Source of the DNA: Candidatus Ozemobacteraceae bacterium
GTDB lineage: Bacteria; Muiribacteriota; Ozemobacteria; Ozemobacterales; Ozemobacteraceae
Length of the DNA: 64,000 nt
Assembly (NCBI GenBank): GCA_965140445.1
Contig: OZ223236.1
Span: forward strand, 160,001 to 224,000
Direction: 5' to 3'
A model generated the notes under the pieces. It worked only from the letters and a program-made list of their open reading frames with translations, had not been told where the DNA came from and ran no database searches. Positions 50,539 to 59,847 of this stretch are shown here, piece by piece (position 1 is the first letter of the stretch; the number at the start of each line of letters is the position of its first letter). Made by a program: the position numbers and the translations under genes.

Positions 50539-52086
50539 TTAAAACCTTGCCAAATAACTAAACTGTAAACTTTTTTCTTCAAGATTGTTCTGCATAAATA
50601 CTTTGTGCTTTTCGTTATTTTCCTGATACCCCAATTCAAGCGAGTGATTTTGAGAAAAAACTTTTTCCACTGCAATTCTCCAGGTTGTACGAATATATGA
50701 AGAATAAAGGTAATTCTCATTTTGATCATAGTCTTTATCCAAATACTCATCTTTCATACGAAAAACTAGAGAGTTTGTAATGAAATAATCGTAGCCAAAA
50801 GTTGCCCGCATTTCTGAATCATCAGCATAATCAGCTCTCGGCTGGTCGAAGGCGCGTTTCTGGCCAGCAACTACCAGGCTTGCTAGAGACTTCCCAAATT
50901 TGTAAAATCCCTCATAAATTAGACTATTAGTCTTGTAATCTTCTTCTGGTGCAGAGGTAAAATTATATGCTTCGTTAATAAAAGTTAACTGCTGAAAAAA
51001 GTTTTCTGCCGTTTCAAATGAAGACGACAAGGAGAAATAATTGTTAGAGAAATCGTGTAGGAAATAAAGATTTGTCTCTTTTTCATAATCTCTCTTTGAA
51101 AACCGATCATTGACTCTTAAACTGATATCCTGCCCAATTTCGTATGTAGCTTCAAATTCTCCCGCAGTTTCATTAAAACCATTATCAATTTTTAGCCTGT
51201 CCTGACTTATAAAATCAGCTACAAATCTCAAATAAAGATCGCCACGTGTCTTTTTTCTTGTGTATTTTGCTCGCGGGTCATCGTCTCTTGGATCTCTTAC
51301 ATAATTTGTATAGTAATTAACGGCATTTTTAGCGCTCATGCCATTAGGGTAATTTTCAAACAGGCTCTTTTCGCCTCTTATGGAATTGGCTATCGGAGTA
51401 TATGTTTCGTAGCCTGGCATAAAAGTAGTTAACTCAAAACGCGCTGTACCTTCTCTATAGTTGGCTTCAATGTCATTTGCATATTCTCTTTCCTCATATC
51501 CACCTATTATTGAGAGACAAGTGCGCTCAGAAAATTCATGGCTGAAAAGCGCTTTTCCAATATTTGACGAAGCCTTCCATACTGAATAATCATTTACATC
51601 GAAGCTTTTATTGTAAAAATCCAGCTTGAAAAAGTCATGATCCCCAGCTGCAATTCCCCAGGTGAGATTAAATTGATGGTCAAGATACTTGTATCTAAAA
51701 GAGTCATAAGATTTTGACAATGGATCCCCAGGATCATAATTCTGGTAAAACAATGTCTCTTTAAAATCCAGAAACTGGGTTTCATTTAAATCGCCTCTTA
51801 AGGCTAAAAACATATTATTTTCTGTACCAAAGAAGCTTTCATCCCGTTGCGAGGCAACACTTTTTAATTGGGGGGAGTCAACTTCATAAAAGGTTTTAAA
51901 ATATTCGGTACGTTTGCTATCAATTGTGTTTCTTGAATCAAAATCAAAATCCAGACGAAAAAAATCGTCTGCTGAAAATGCAGGAAATGCAACAAATACC
52001 AAAAATGCCAAAAGGAACCCGGTAATCCTTAAAGCCTTTCTGTGTCTCATATGTTGTGTCTCTTTTGATGTGTTTTTTGTAGGCAT
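50539..52086 (-). CDS. Probable outer-membrane beta-barrel protein
   Basis: Signal peptide, Tyr/Phe/Asp-rich alternating strands and C-terminal FSYLARF. Start may be 52050. Confidence 0.7.
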   Translation of the reverse strand: MPTKNTSKETQHMRHRKALRITGFLLAFLVFVAFPAFSADDFFRLDFDFDSRNTIDSKRTEYFKTFYEVDSPQLKSVASQRDESFFGTENNMFLALRGDLNETQFLDFKETLFYQNYDPGDPLSKSYDSFRYKYLDHQFNLTWGIAAGDHDFFKLDFYNKSFDVNDYSVWKASSNIGKALFSHEFSERTCLSIIGGYEEREYANDIEANYREGTARFELTTFMPGYETYTPIANSIRGEKSLFENYPNGMSAKNAVNYYTNYVRDPRDDDPRAKYTRKKTRGDLYLRFVADFISQDRLKIDNGFNETAGEFEATYEIGQDISLRVNDRFSKRDYEKETNLYFLHDFSNNYFSLSSSFETAENFFQQLTFINEAYNFTSAPEEDYKTNSLIYEGFYKFGKSLASLVVAGQKRAFDQPRADYADDSEMRATFGYDYFITNSLVFRMKDEYLDKDYDQNENYLYSSYIRTTWRIAVEKVFSQNHSLELGYQENNEKHKVFMQNNLEEKSLQFSYLARF

Positions 52087-52231
52087 TTAGTTCTCAATTC
52101 AAACCTTTGCGAGTCTCTATTCGGCATGAATTAGAATATTCTGAACGAATTTTTAGAGCTTTTTTTATTGGGGTCTTGTCAAATTAATCTGAGAAAGGTA
52201 TTTTCTAACTGTTGTTCAGGAGCCTTTTATT

Positions 52232-53674
52232 ATGACTAATTCAATCAAGCCAAGATTACTTTTACCTCACACACAAAATATTCTTGTAAAAGCAGATGGT
52301 AACGATCTGCTTCTTGTTGAATTCCCGGAGTGGCTAAGCAATTATCTGGGGATATCTCATCAAAGCATCATTAACTCCAGCATAAATGGAATTTTAAAAT
52401 CGCTTTTACCTGAAATGTCGGAACTCATTCAACGAACCATGGAATCCAATAAACCCATCCGGGGCTATGAGATTTCAGTTGAAGACCAAAATCTGGTTGA
52501 GCATAAAATTACCGTAGATTCCGAATTCCTAAAAAAAGGTTCACAAGATTATGTAGCAGCTTACCTCCAGGAGATTCCGAGTTCTCTTTATTCGCATTCG
52601 AACCTGGAAGAGGCCTATTTTATGGGATTAGTTGGCGTAGCTCCAAAAATGCATAATGTTTTTAATAAAATTAGAATGTATGCAGTTTCAGAAGCTCCTG
52701 TTCTAATTACAGGAGAAACTGGCGCGGGCAAAGAGGGAGTTGCCGAAGCGATTCACAAATTAAGCAAACGCTCAAACAGACCTTTTATAACCATGAATTG
52801 TAGTGCCATAACAGACACATTGTTTGAAAGCGAGCTGTTTGGGCATGAAAAGGGTTCTTTCACCGGAGCAATAAAATCCCACAAAGGACGTTTTGAAAGA
52901 GCTCACACCGGAACACTTTTTTTGGATGAAATTGGTGATCTGCCACCAGCTTCACAGGCCAAACTTTTGAGGGTGCTTGAAACATCTACAATTGAAAGGG
53001 TTGGCGGTGAACAAAGCATTAAAGTTGATGTTCGCATTGTTGCTGCTACCAACAAGAATCTTGAAATAGAAAGTCTGCAAAACAATTATCGGTCAGACCT
53101 TTTCTACCGAATAAACGCCCTTCAAATAAAACTTCCACCATTAAGAGAGCGCACTGAAGATATAGAATATCTTATTGCACATTTTATCCGACTTTTAAAT
53201 GAGAGATATGACAGAGACGTTGTGTGTCTGACAAGGGAAGCATTAGAGCTAATAAAACAGTATAAATGGCCAGGCAACATCAGAGAGCTTAGAAATCTCA
53301 TGGAGAGACTTTTTGCCGAGAATCAAACAAGGGTCATTGGTCTTAAAGCTCTTAAAGAGTGGTATGAAGACCGAGTCGAGTTTCTTGCCAACAGCAAATA
53401 CGATCCAAACGTTACGGTTCTTCCTTATCAAAAGGCAATTCCTCTTGGAATGCCTACAATCTCAGATGCAAATCTGTTTTCAGAAGCAGAACCTCTTCAG
53501 CCATCATATTCTTACAACAATAAAAAAGAGTTGGACGAAGCTGACCTTAAAGAGGCTTATTTCAAGGCTGACGGAAATATTACCAAGGCCTCTGAAATTC
53601 TTGGAATACACAAAGCCACTTTCTATAGAACACTTAAAAACCTTAATTTAAGCAGAGAAGATTTAGAACGCTAG
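52232..53674 (+). CDS. sigma54-dependent enhancer-binding activator (PAS-like, AAA+, Fis HTH)
   Basis: Motifs GETGAGKE, ESELFGHEKGSFTGA, LFLDEIG, WPGNIREL and HTH GNITKA..ILGI...T.YR. No REC domain. Upstream TTGTCA-17-TATTTT. Confidence 0.93.
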   Translation: MTNSIKPRLLLPHTQNILVKADGNDLLLVEFPEWLSNYLGISHQSIINSSINGILKSLLPEMSELIQRTMESNKPIRGYEISVEDQNLVEHKITVDSEFLKKGSQDYVAAYLQEIPSSLYSHSNLEEAYFMGLVGVAPKMHNVFNKIRMYAVSEAPVLITGETGAGKEGVAEAIHKLSKRSNRPFITMNCSAITDTLFESELFGHEKGSFTGAIKSHKGRFERAHTGTLFLDEIGDLPPASQAKLLRVLETSTIERVGGEQSIKVDVRIVAATNKNLEIESLQNNYRSDLFYRINALQIKLPPLRERTEDIEYLIAHFIRLLNERYDRDVVCLTREALELIKQYKWPGNIRELRNLMERLFAENQTRVIGLKALKEWYEDRVEFLANSKYDPNVTVLPYQKAIPLGMPTISDANLFSEAEPLQPSYSYNNKKELDEADLKEAYFKADGNITKASEILGIHKATFYRTLKNLNLSREDLER

Positions 53675-53748
53675 TCGCAACGTTGCAGCACCGTCGCGCA
53701 ACTCAACCCTCACTTGGCAAAACTCGCATAAACAGTGAATCTAAAGTT

Positions 53749-53764
53749 TGGCATGGCATTTGCA
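53749..53764 (+). promoter_or_regulatory. sigma54 (-24/-12) promoter of the hsp20 pair
   Basis: TGGCATG-GCAT-TTGCA, an exact GG-N10-GC match. Confidence 0.85.
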
Positions 53765-53806
53765 ATATTAATAATCAAATGAAACCAATCACTTTGGAGG
53801 TCCAAA

Positions 53807-54232
53807 ATGTTTAATATGATACTTAAAGAACTCAACAATAATATCTTCAACTCTCGCAACGACTTGTTCCATAGTCCTTTTAAAACAGTTTTCAATACAG
53901 AGTCTTCTCCAAGATTTAATGTATCTGAAACAGAGAATGAGTTTCTCGTAGAAGCAGCTATGCCTGGCATTAATTCAGAAGAACTAAACATGAAAGTAGT
54001 TGCTCAAGATCTTAGTATTTCATACGAGAAAAAGGAAACTGAAGAAAAGGAAACTGAAAGAAAATACCACCTAATCGAAAGAAAAATCATTAACTTCAAA
54101 CGCACTTTCAGATTTCCAAAAACTGCAGATATGAATGCTATTAACGCAGAGTATAAAGATGGCATGCTCCGAATATCAATTGCAAAACAGGAAGAAGCCA
54201 AACCTAGAGAAATTAAGGTTGAAGTACACTAA
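53807..54232 (+). CDS. Hsp20/alpha-crystallin small heat-shock protein
   Basis: P..NV.E...F.VEA.MPG...ER....F.R.F..P...I.A.Y.DG.L.I pattern; EIKV IXI motif. RBS GGAGG. Confidence 0.92.
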   Translation: MFNMILKELNNNIFNSRNDLFHSPFKTVFNTESSPRFNVSETENEFLVEAAMPGINSEELNMKVVAQDLSISYEKKETEEKETERKYHLIERKIINFKRTFRFPKTADMNAINAEYKDGMLRISIAKQEEAKPREIKVEVH

Positions 54233-54249
54233 TAAAAGGAGGTAAAGCC

Positions 54250-54645
54250 ATGATTGAAAAAACAGTTCCCTCAAACGATCAACCAAATTCCAGTTACGAA
54301 AACACCAGAAAAGAAAGCCGCTTCATTAAGCCATCTGTAGATATTTGTGAAATGGAAAATGGGCTTAAATTGATTGCAGATCTTCCTGGCGTGGACAAAC
54401 AAAACCTCAGTATTAAAGTTGACGATGGAATCCTCAGCATTGAAGGTAAAATGAGCTGTAATGAAAATTCAAATCACATGATATTTGAAGAATTCGCTGG
54501 CGGGATCTTCTATAGACAATTTGAGCTTCCGGAAAAGGTTTCTCAAGAAGATATTGTGGCTGAACTGAAAAACGGTGTATTAACTCTGCTTCTTCCAAGA
54601 AAAGCTGAAGAAAAACCAAGAGAAATCAAAGTAAATATAAAATAA
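54250..54645 (+). CDS. Hsp20/alpha-crystallin small heat-shock protein
   Basis: P.VDI.E....L.ADLPGV...FYRQF.L...I.A.LKNGVL.L.LP pattern. RBS AAGGAGG. Confidence 0.92.
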   Translation: MIEKTVPSNDQPNSSYENTRKESRFIKPSVDICEMENGLKLIADLPGVDKQNLSIKVDDGILSIEGKMSCNENSNHMIFEEFAGGIFYRQFELPEKVSQEDIVAELKNGVLTLLLPRKAEEKPREIKVNIK

Positions 54646-54662
54646 ATCAAACTCTTAAATTG

Positions 54663-54698
54663 CAAAAGAGCGCTGCCTTAATTGGCGGCGCTCTTTTG
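54663..54698. terminator. Bidirectional terminator
   Basis: CAAAAGAGCGCTGCC / GGCGGCGCTCTTTTG stem between convergent genes. Confidence 0.85.
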
Positions 54699-54719
54699 TT
54701 TTTGCAGTTACAAGCTGAA

Positions 54720-57056
54720 TCAGTGAGATTCTTCAGGCGCGCCTTCTTCTGGTCCATTCATTTCTGAATTTTCAGAACAGGCAACACCAACCTGATTTCT
54801 TCCATTTCTTTTTGCTACATACAAAGCTTCGTCGGCAAGTTTTATCATCTCCATCGCGTTTTCAGCCGGATGGAGCGGAATAGAGCTGAGTCCTATACTG
54901 ACAGTAACCTTCAACGGGCCTTTAGGACCTTCAAAGGAGGCTTCTTCAATTTTTTGTCTCAGGCGCTCAGCAAATAAATACCCACCATCAAAATCGGTTT
55001 CAGGTAGAATTACGGCAAATTCTTCCCCGCCATATCTGGCAGCAATATCAGTGTCTCTAACGGCTTCACGAACAACGCGGGCTACTTCCCTTAAAACCAG
55101 ATCGCCAACTTGGTGGCCCCAGGTATCGTTAAACTTTTTAAAGTGATCGATATCGGTCATTAAGTATGAAAGATCTTTTCCATAACGTTTAGCTCGTCGG
55201 AATTCTTCTTCCATTTTCGCCTTAAAGTGTCTTGGAACAATCAGTCCTGTCAAGCCGTCAATAGTCGCCAGATTAAACAGTCTGGCTTTTTCGATAACGA
55301 CAGCCGCCTGATTAGCCATAGTAATTGCAAGTTGAAGGTCCTCTTCAGAAAAGCGCCCATCATTCTTATTAACTATATTCATAACACCGATTGAGTCCTG
55401 CTTAACCAGAAGAGGGACGCAGATCATGGAATTTGTAACAACCTGATCACCATCTTTTTGTGCAAAACTTCTGTCACGTCTTACATTCTGAACCAATCTG
55501 GCTTTTCCAGAGCTGTAAACTTCGCCTGCAATGCCTTTTCCGCTCTTAAACTGCTCCATCAGAGCTGAATCAAGAACAACCTCTCCTTCTACTCCAAAGA
55601 AGTTTGCCCGTTCAACCAGCTCTTCATATCTATCATCAATCATGAAAATTGAACCGCGCTTTGCACCAAGAACCTGAACAGCTCTGCTTAAAATAGCATC
55701 CAGAGTTTTTGGCAGGCTTCCCATAAAGCTAACAGCTTTACTGACTTCATTTACAATGGCAAGCTCTCTAACTTTTCGAGCCAGTTCATAATTCTTCTGT
55801 CTCAAGGAAACAAACTGCTGTATCAATCTGGTCAAAGCCCACTGAATAGGCAACATTGAGGCAATTGGAACAATTTCAACGACCAGATCGAAATCAAATA
55901 AAATAACTCCGAAAATTCCCCATCCAGACACAAGGCCAATCACCGCCATATTGCCCCAGGCACCGGAGTATTTCCAGAGGATGTAGCCGGTGAGCAAACC
56001 AAAAATAAGCAAAAACAAAATACTGGTTCCAACCTGAGAACGCCTGAGAAAACGTCTGTTTAATATGTCATAAAGAAGATTGGCATGGATTTCCATACCA
56101 GAAAGAGCTCCAAAAGGGCAAAACTTAACATCTTCAGAAGTGCCTTTTGCTCTCGTCCCAATCAAAACCAGTCGATTGTCGAAAAAACCTGGAGGAAACT
56201 TTTCCTTCATTACATCAGCATAGCTAATCTCATCAAAGTGGCTTGTTCCGCCTGCGTAATTTAGCAGGTAAGATGGCATGAATTCGCCCGCAACACTTTC
56301 ATAACTGTAGTGATAAGGAAGGAAGCGATCTCCAACTACAACTCCATCACTACGATATTCTGGATTGAGTCCAAGATAGTTTGCAGCTGCTACAAGTCCA
56401 AAAGCACTGCTAACGTAGTTGCCAGCAGATTTATTTAGTAAAAGTTTTCTTATTACGCCATCAGGATTCAAAACCTGATACTCCAAATCAATAAAACCTT
56501 CATTAGCAACAGGTGACTGGAGCTCTGGAAGCGGTCTTTCAGGAACAACTTTCTCGACCATTTCAAAAGTTTCCGGGTCAAGAATCATTTTCTTTTTTAT
56601 AACCTGCGGCAAAACTACGTTGCCAAACTTTTTGACCTCGGCAAAGAAAATCTTATCATCTTCTTTGCCCATTACTGAAGGTTCGTTAAAAAGAACGTCG
56701 AAAGCTACAGTTTTTGCTCCTGCACGCCTTAAAATATCCAATAGCTTAGCGTGAGTAGCTCTTGGCCATGGCCAGGCACCGAGTTCAGCAATGCAGTCAT
56801 CATTTATGCTAATTAATGCTAAATCGTGGTTTCTAGGCAATTCGCCTCTCTGTTGGAATCTAAAATCAAGCGTAGCATTTTCCATTCGATTGAAAGCACC
56901 AAAATAGAAAAGTACCGAAAATGCTATGGCAAAAAATAAACCCAGCAATATTTCCCAGAGAGGAAACATATTCAATGGTTTTTCAGAAGAAAGACCGATT
57001 ATTTCATTGGCTTCAAAGAAATCGCTATCAGTCTTCTTTTTAGAACTCTGGCTCAT
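54720..57056 (-). CDS. CHASE2-GAF-GGDEF diguanylate cyclase
   Basis: CHASE2 motifs WPWPR..HA, D.DGV.R and G.EIHAN; 3 TM; GAF; I-site RDTD; A-site RYGGEEF. Confidence 0.92.
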   Translation of the reverse strand: MSQSSKKKTDSDFFEANEIIGLSSEKPLNMFPLWEILLGLFFAIAFSVLFYFGAFNRMENATLDFRFQQRGELPRNHDLALISINDDCIAELGAWPWPRATHAKLLDILRRAGAKTVAFDVLFNEPSVMGKEDDKIFFAEVKKFGNVVLPQVIKKKMILDPETFEMVEKVVPERPLPELQSPVANEGFIDLEYQVLNPDGVIRKLLLNKSAGNYVSSAFGLVAAANYLGLNPEYRSDGVVVGDRFLPYHYSYESVAGEFMPSYLLNYAGGTSHFDEISYADVMKEKFPPGFFDNRLVLIGTRAKGTSEDVKFCPFGALSGMEIHANLLYDILNRRFLRRSQVGTSILFLLIFGLLTGYILWKYSGAWGNMAVIGLVSGWGIFGVILFDFDLVVEIVPIASMLPIQWALTRLIQQFVSLRQKNYELARKVRELAIVNEVSKAVSFMGSLPKTLDAILSRAVQVLGAKRGSIFMIDDRYEELVERANFFGVEGEVVLDSALMEQFKSGKGIAGEVYSSGKARLVQNVRRDRSFAQKDGDQVVTNSMICVPLLVKQDSIGVMNIVNKNDGRFSEEDLQLAITMANQAAVVIEKARLFNLATIDGLTGLIVPRHFKAKMEEEFRRAKRYGKDLSYLMTDIDHFKKFNDTWGHQVGDLVLREVARVVREAVRDTDIAARYGGEEFAVILPETDFDGGYLFAERLRQKIEEASFEGPKGPLKVTVSIGLSSIPLHPAENAMEMIKLADEALYVAKRNGRNQVGVACSENSEMNGPEEGAPEESH

Positions 57057-57096
57057 GCTCAATATCCTGACTTTTTGTATTTTCTTAAAATGATAC

Positions 57097-57133
57097 AGGG
57101 GCTGTAATCAATATTTTATTGATTACAGCCCCT
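57097..57133. repeat. Perfect 17-bp inverted repeat (hairpin or operator)
   Basis: AGGGGCTGTAATCAATA-ttt-TATTGATTACAGCCCCT. Confidence 0.8.
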
Positions 57134-57143
57134 AGAAGTTTAA

Positions 57144-58229
57144 CTATTTATTTGTCTTTGCGGCTATTTGCCCTCTGAGCTTTTTCATTTCCTTAAAAGC
57201 TTCATGAAAGCTCTTGTCAGATCTCGGAAGCAGTTTCAAAGCTTCTTTATAATTTCGAATTGCCTTCTCAACTTTAGCCTGATCCCGAAGTTTATCGGCA
57301 CGATTTTTATAAAGGCGACCAAGGTTTTTTCTTGAGCTGAAAAATCTATCTTCGTAAACATTTACACCGCTATAAGCTGGAGCAAAAGGATCAGTTACAG
57401 TAAAGGAGGAGTAAAGATCCAACGCTTCCTCATAGTCTTTTACAGCCTGCTCCCAGGTTTCCTGAGTTTCAAATTCTTCTGTTTCAACGATTTCATTATC
57501 TTTCAGGTTACTGTTAATCTTTTCTTTCATCTGCTCAAGAAAAGCAGTATAAATTGAATCGTTTTGGTCCAGAATTTGTTGCGCACGTTTGAGCAGTTCT
57601 GAAGCTTCTTTGAAACGATTGGCAAAACAAGCTTTATAAATTTTTGCGAGATACGGTCTAATAATGTTTCTGCGACAATCAGTTAAAGCATTCGATATGT
57701 AAGAAATAAATCTATGATCATCAGGTAACCCGGAAACTTGTTTTAATGCATCCTGATATTCAAGAACAGCTTCTGCATAGTTTCCAGAGCGTCTAAAATC
57801 ATCACCTCTTTCTACAAATGGTGACAATTTAAGGTGAAGAGAATGATCTCTTTCTTTAATTCTGGCTTTATCCAATGAAACCTTAATTTCTTCGAGAAAT
57901 TCAACATTTTCTTCTCGAGCCAGTCTGGTCGCTTCTTCCAGTTCGTCTACAGCAATCTTAAAAGCTTTGTTTTCGAGAGCAGCAAGGCCCTTCTGGAAAT
58001 GGATCTTACCAAGATGCTCGTTAACTTCTTCAATACGCTCTTCCAACTGTTTTTTCAGAGCAACAACTTCTTCAGTCATAGGTGCATCAGGGTCCATTTC
58101 ATGCACAGCATTGAATTCTTCTATGCCATTCAAGTAACTTATCTTGGCAGCCCCCCAATCTTTTGTCTCTTTTCTGGCATCGCCATCATCAATGTAAGAC
58201 TGAATTAGCTGACTGTTTTCACTATTCAT
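57144..58229 (-). CDS. Cytoplasmic TPR-like helical protein
   Basis: TPR-like units (G....Y..A...Y..AL); RBS AAGGAG; no signal peptide. Confidence 0.75.
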   Translation of the reverse strand: MNSENSQLIQSYIDDGDARKETKDWGAAKISYLNGIEEFNAVHEMDPDAPMTEEVVALKKQLEERIEEVNEHLGKIHFQKGLAALENKAFKIAVDELEEATRLAREENVEFLEEIKVSLDKARIKERDHSLHLKLSPFVERGDDFRRSGNYAEAVLEYQDALKQVSGLPDDHRFISYISNALTDCRRNIIRPYLAKIYKACFANRFKEASELLKRAQQILDQNDSIYTAFLEQMKEKINSNLKDNEIVETEEFETQETWEQAVKDYEEALDLYSSFTVTDPFAPAYSGVNVYEDRFFSSRKNLGRLYKNRADKLRDQAKVEKAIRNYKEALKLLPRSDKSFHEAFKEMKKLRGQIAAKTNK

Positions 58230-58254
58230 TAATTTTCTCCTTAATTACACACCT

Positions 58255-59847
58255 TCATCTTAAACTAGCTGATTTCTTCATTCTTTCTGCCGCTGCTTTA
58301 GCGTCAAAAAAGGTTACTCCACTTCCTTCAGGGGCCCCGGCCTTATCATAAGCACTTGCCGCCTCCTGATAATTCTCAACTCGATAATGGATATAACCCA
58401 AAAGTGAATTGGCTTCCTCATTTGCCGGATCCAAAGCAATCATTCTTTTTATGCTCTTTTCGGCTGCCCCCCAATCCTGAAGCTGAACTTGTACAAGCGC
58501 AACGTCCCACCATATTTGCGGAACATCGCCAAATTCCTTTGTTAAAACTTTAAAATCCCTCAATGCCAAATTATATTTATCATCCTTCATTTTACGCAAG
58601 CCCTGCTGATAAATAGCGCTCTTTTTTAGAAGATTTAGTCTTTTGTTATTATCTGCTATTTCTATCTTTCTAGAAGGAAGGTTGGCCCGCTGCTTTTCAG
58701 ACTTGCGATTGTCAGTAGTTCCAACCACGCCGGAAAGGTCTATCTTCCCTTTCTTTTCAGCATATTCCATTAATGCATTGATCTTATCCCGATATGAAGT
58801 AGTAGGAAATGCTCCAAGAAAAGCCTTTGACCAGGCAATAACAGCTTCATGAACATTCAAAATAGCTCTTAACCTGATAGCTTCAAAATATGCATCTTCA
58901 ACAAAACTGGAAGTTGGGTGTTTTGTCAAAATCAGGTCATAGGTTTTACATGCTTCCAGAAATTCACCAAATCTGGCGGTATTGGAAGCCAATCTGAAAA
59001 GAACCGAATCCATTCCTGAGACTTCTACCCCGTCTTTTATCAAATCTTGATCACCGAGTATTCTAGAAGCTAATTGTTCCTTTTCAATCCCTTCAGCAGG
59101 TTTGATAAACAACATGTCTTTAAGAAGCTTCAACTTATAACTGGAAATCGTTGGCTTCGCAGCAGTAACTACAGGCTTCGAAATTTTAACCACTGGCTTT
59201 ACTTTTTTAGCAGGTTTCACAATTGGCTGTGGCTTTGATTGAAATTCTGGTTCAACTATCTTCTGTGAATTTTGCTGCTTTGGAACAGATGGTTTAGCTG
59301 CAACTTTTTCTACTTTTACAACCTTAACTTCTTTAGCCGGAACATAACTTTCTGTGGTTTCATCATCAAAATCATCAGCCATGTCTGCATATTTCTGAGA
59401 TTTCAGATAGGATTTTGCCAACTCAGCGTATGGGCTTTTCCTGAATTTTCTTAAAATTTCATTAAAATGGCGATTGGCACTTTTTGTCTCTCCAAGGCTT
59501 GATTCCGATTGCGCCAACCGATACATAGCTTCGGCCTTTTCCTCGTAGGAAGCAACACTTTTCAAGAGTCCGGAAAAAACAGACTTCGCCTGGGAAAATT
59601 TTCCTGAATCCATAAGACAGTCGCCAAGCATAAACCCGGCGAGATTCTTTTGCATTGGGTTATCAGCCAGTTCCAAAGCCTTTTTCAAGCTGGTCACTGC
59701 TGCGCTAACTGCGCCTTTACCCTTTTGCTTTAAAGCATCTGACATATAATCAGTAGCACGCTTTTCAGCATAAGCAAAGTTCATTGAAAAAACGCCGCTT
59801 CCTGCTATTAATGCAACAAGTAAAGATTTAATAAAAGTCTTTTTCAT
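58255..59847 (-). CDS. Secreted TPR protein (CpoB/BamD-like repeats) with Lys/Pro/Val-rich linker
   Basis: Signal peptide and TPR units ending ..P.S..A..A. Confidence 0.75.
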   Translation of the reverse strand: MKKTFIKSLLVALIAGSGVFSMNFAYAEKRATDYMSDALKQKGKGAVSAAVTSLKKALELADNPMQKNLAGFMLGDCLMDSGKFSQAKSVFSGLLKSVASYEEKAEAMYRLAQSESSLGETKSANRHFNEILRKFRKSPYAELAKSYLKSQKYADMADDFDDETTESYVPAKEVKVVKVEKVAAKPSVPKQQNSQKIVEPEFQSKPQPIVKPAKKVKPVVKISKPVVTAAKPTISSYKLKLLKDMLFIKPAEGIEKEQLASRILGDQDLIKDGVEVSGMDSVLFRLASNTARFGEFLEACKTYDLILTKHPTSSFVEDAYFEAIRLRAILNVHEAVIAWSKAFLGAFPTTSYRDKINALMEYAEKKGKIDLSGVVGTTDNRKSEKQRANLPSRKIEIADNNKRLNLLKKSAIYQQGLRKMKDDKYNLALRDFKVLTKEFGDVPQIWWDVALVQVQLQDWGAAEKSIKRMIALDPANEEANSLLGYIHYRVENYQEAASAYDKAGAPEGSGVTFFDAKAAAERMKKSASLR

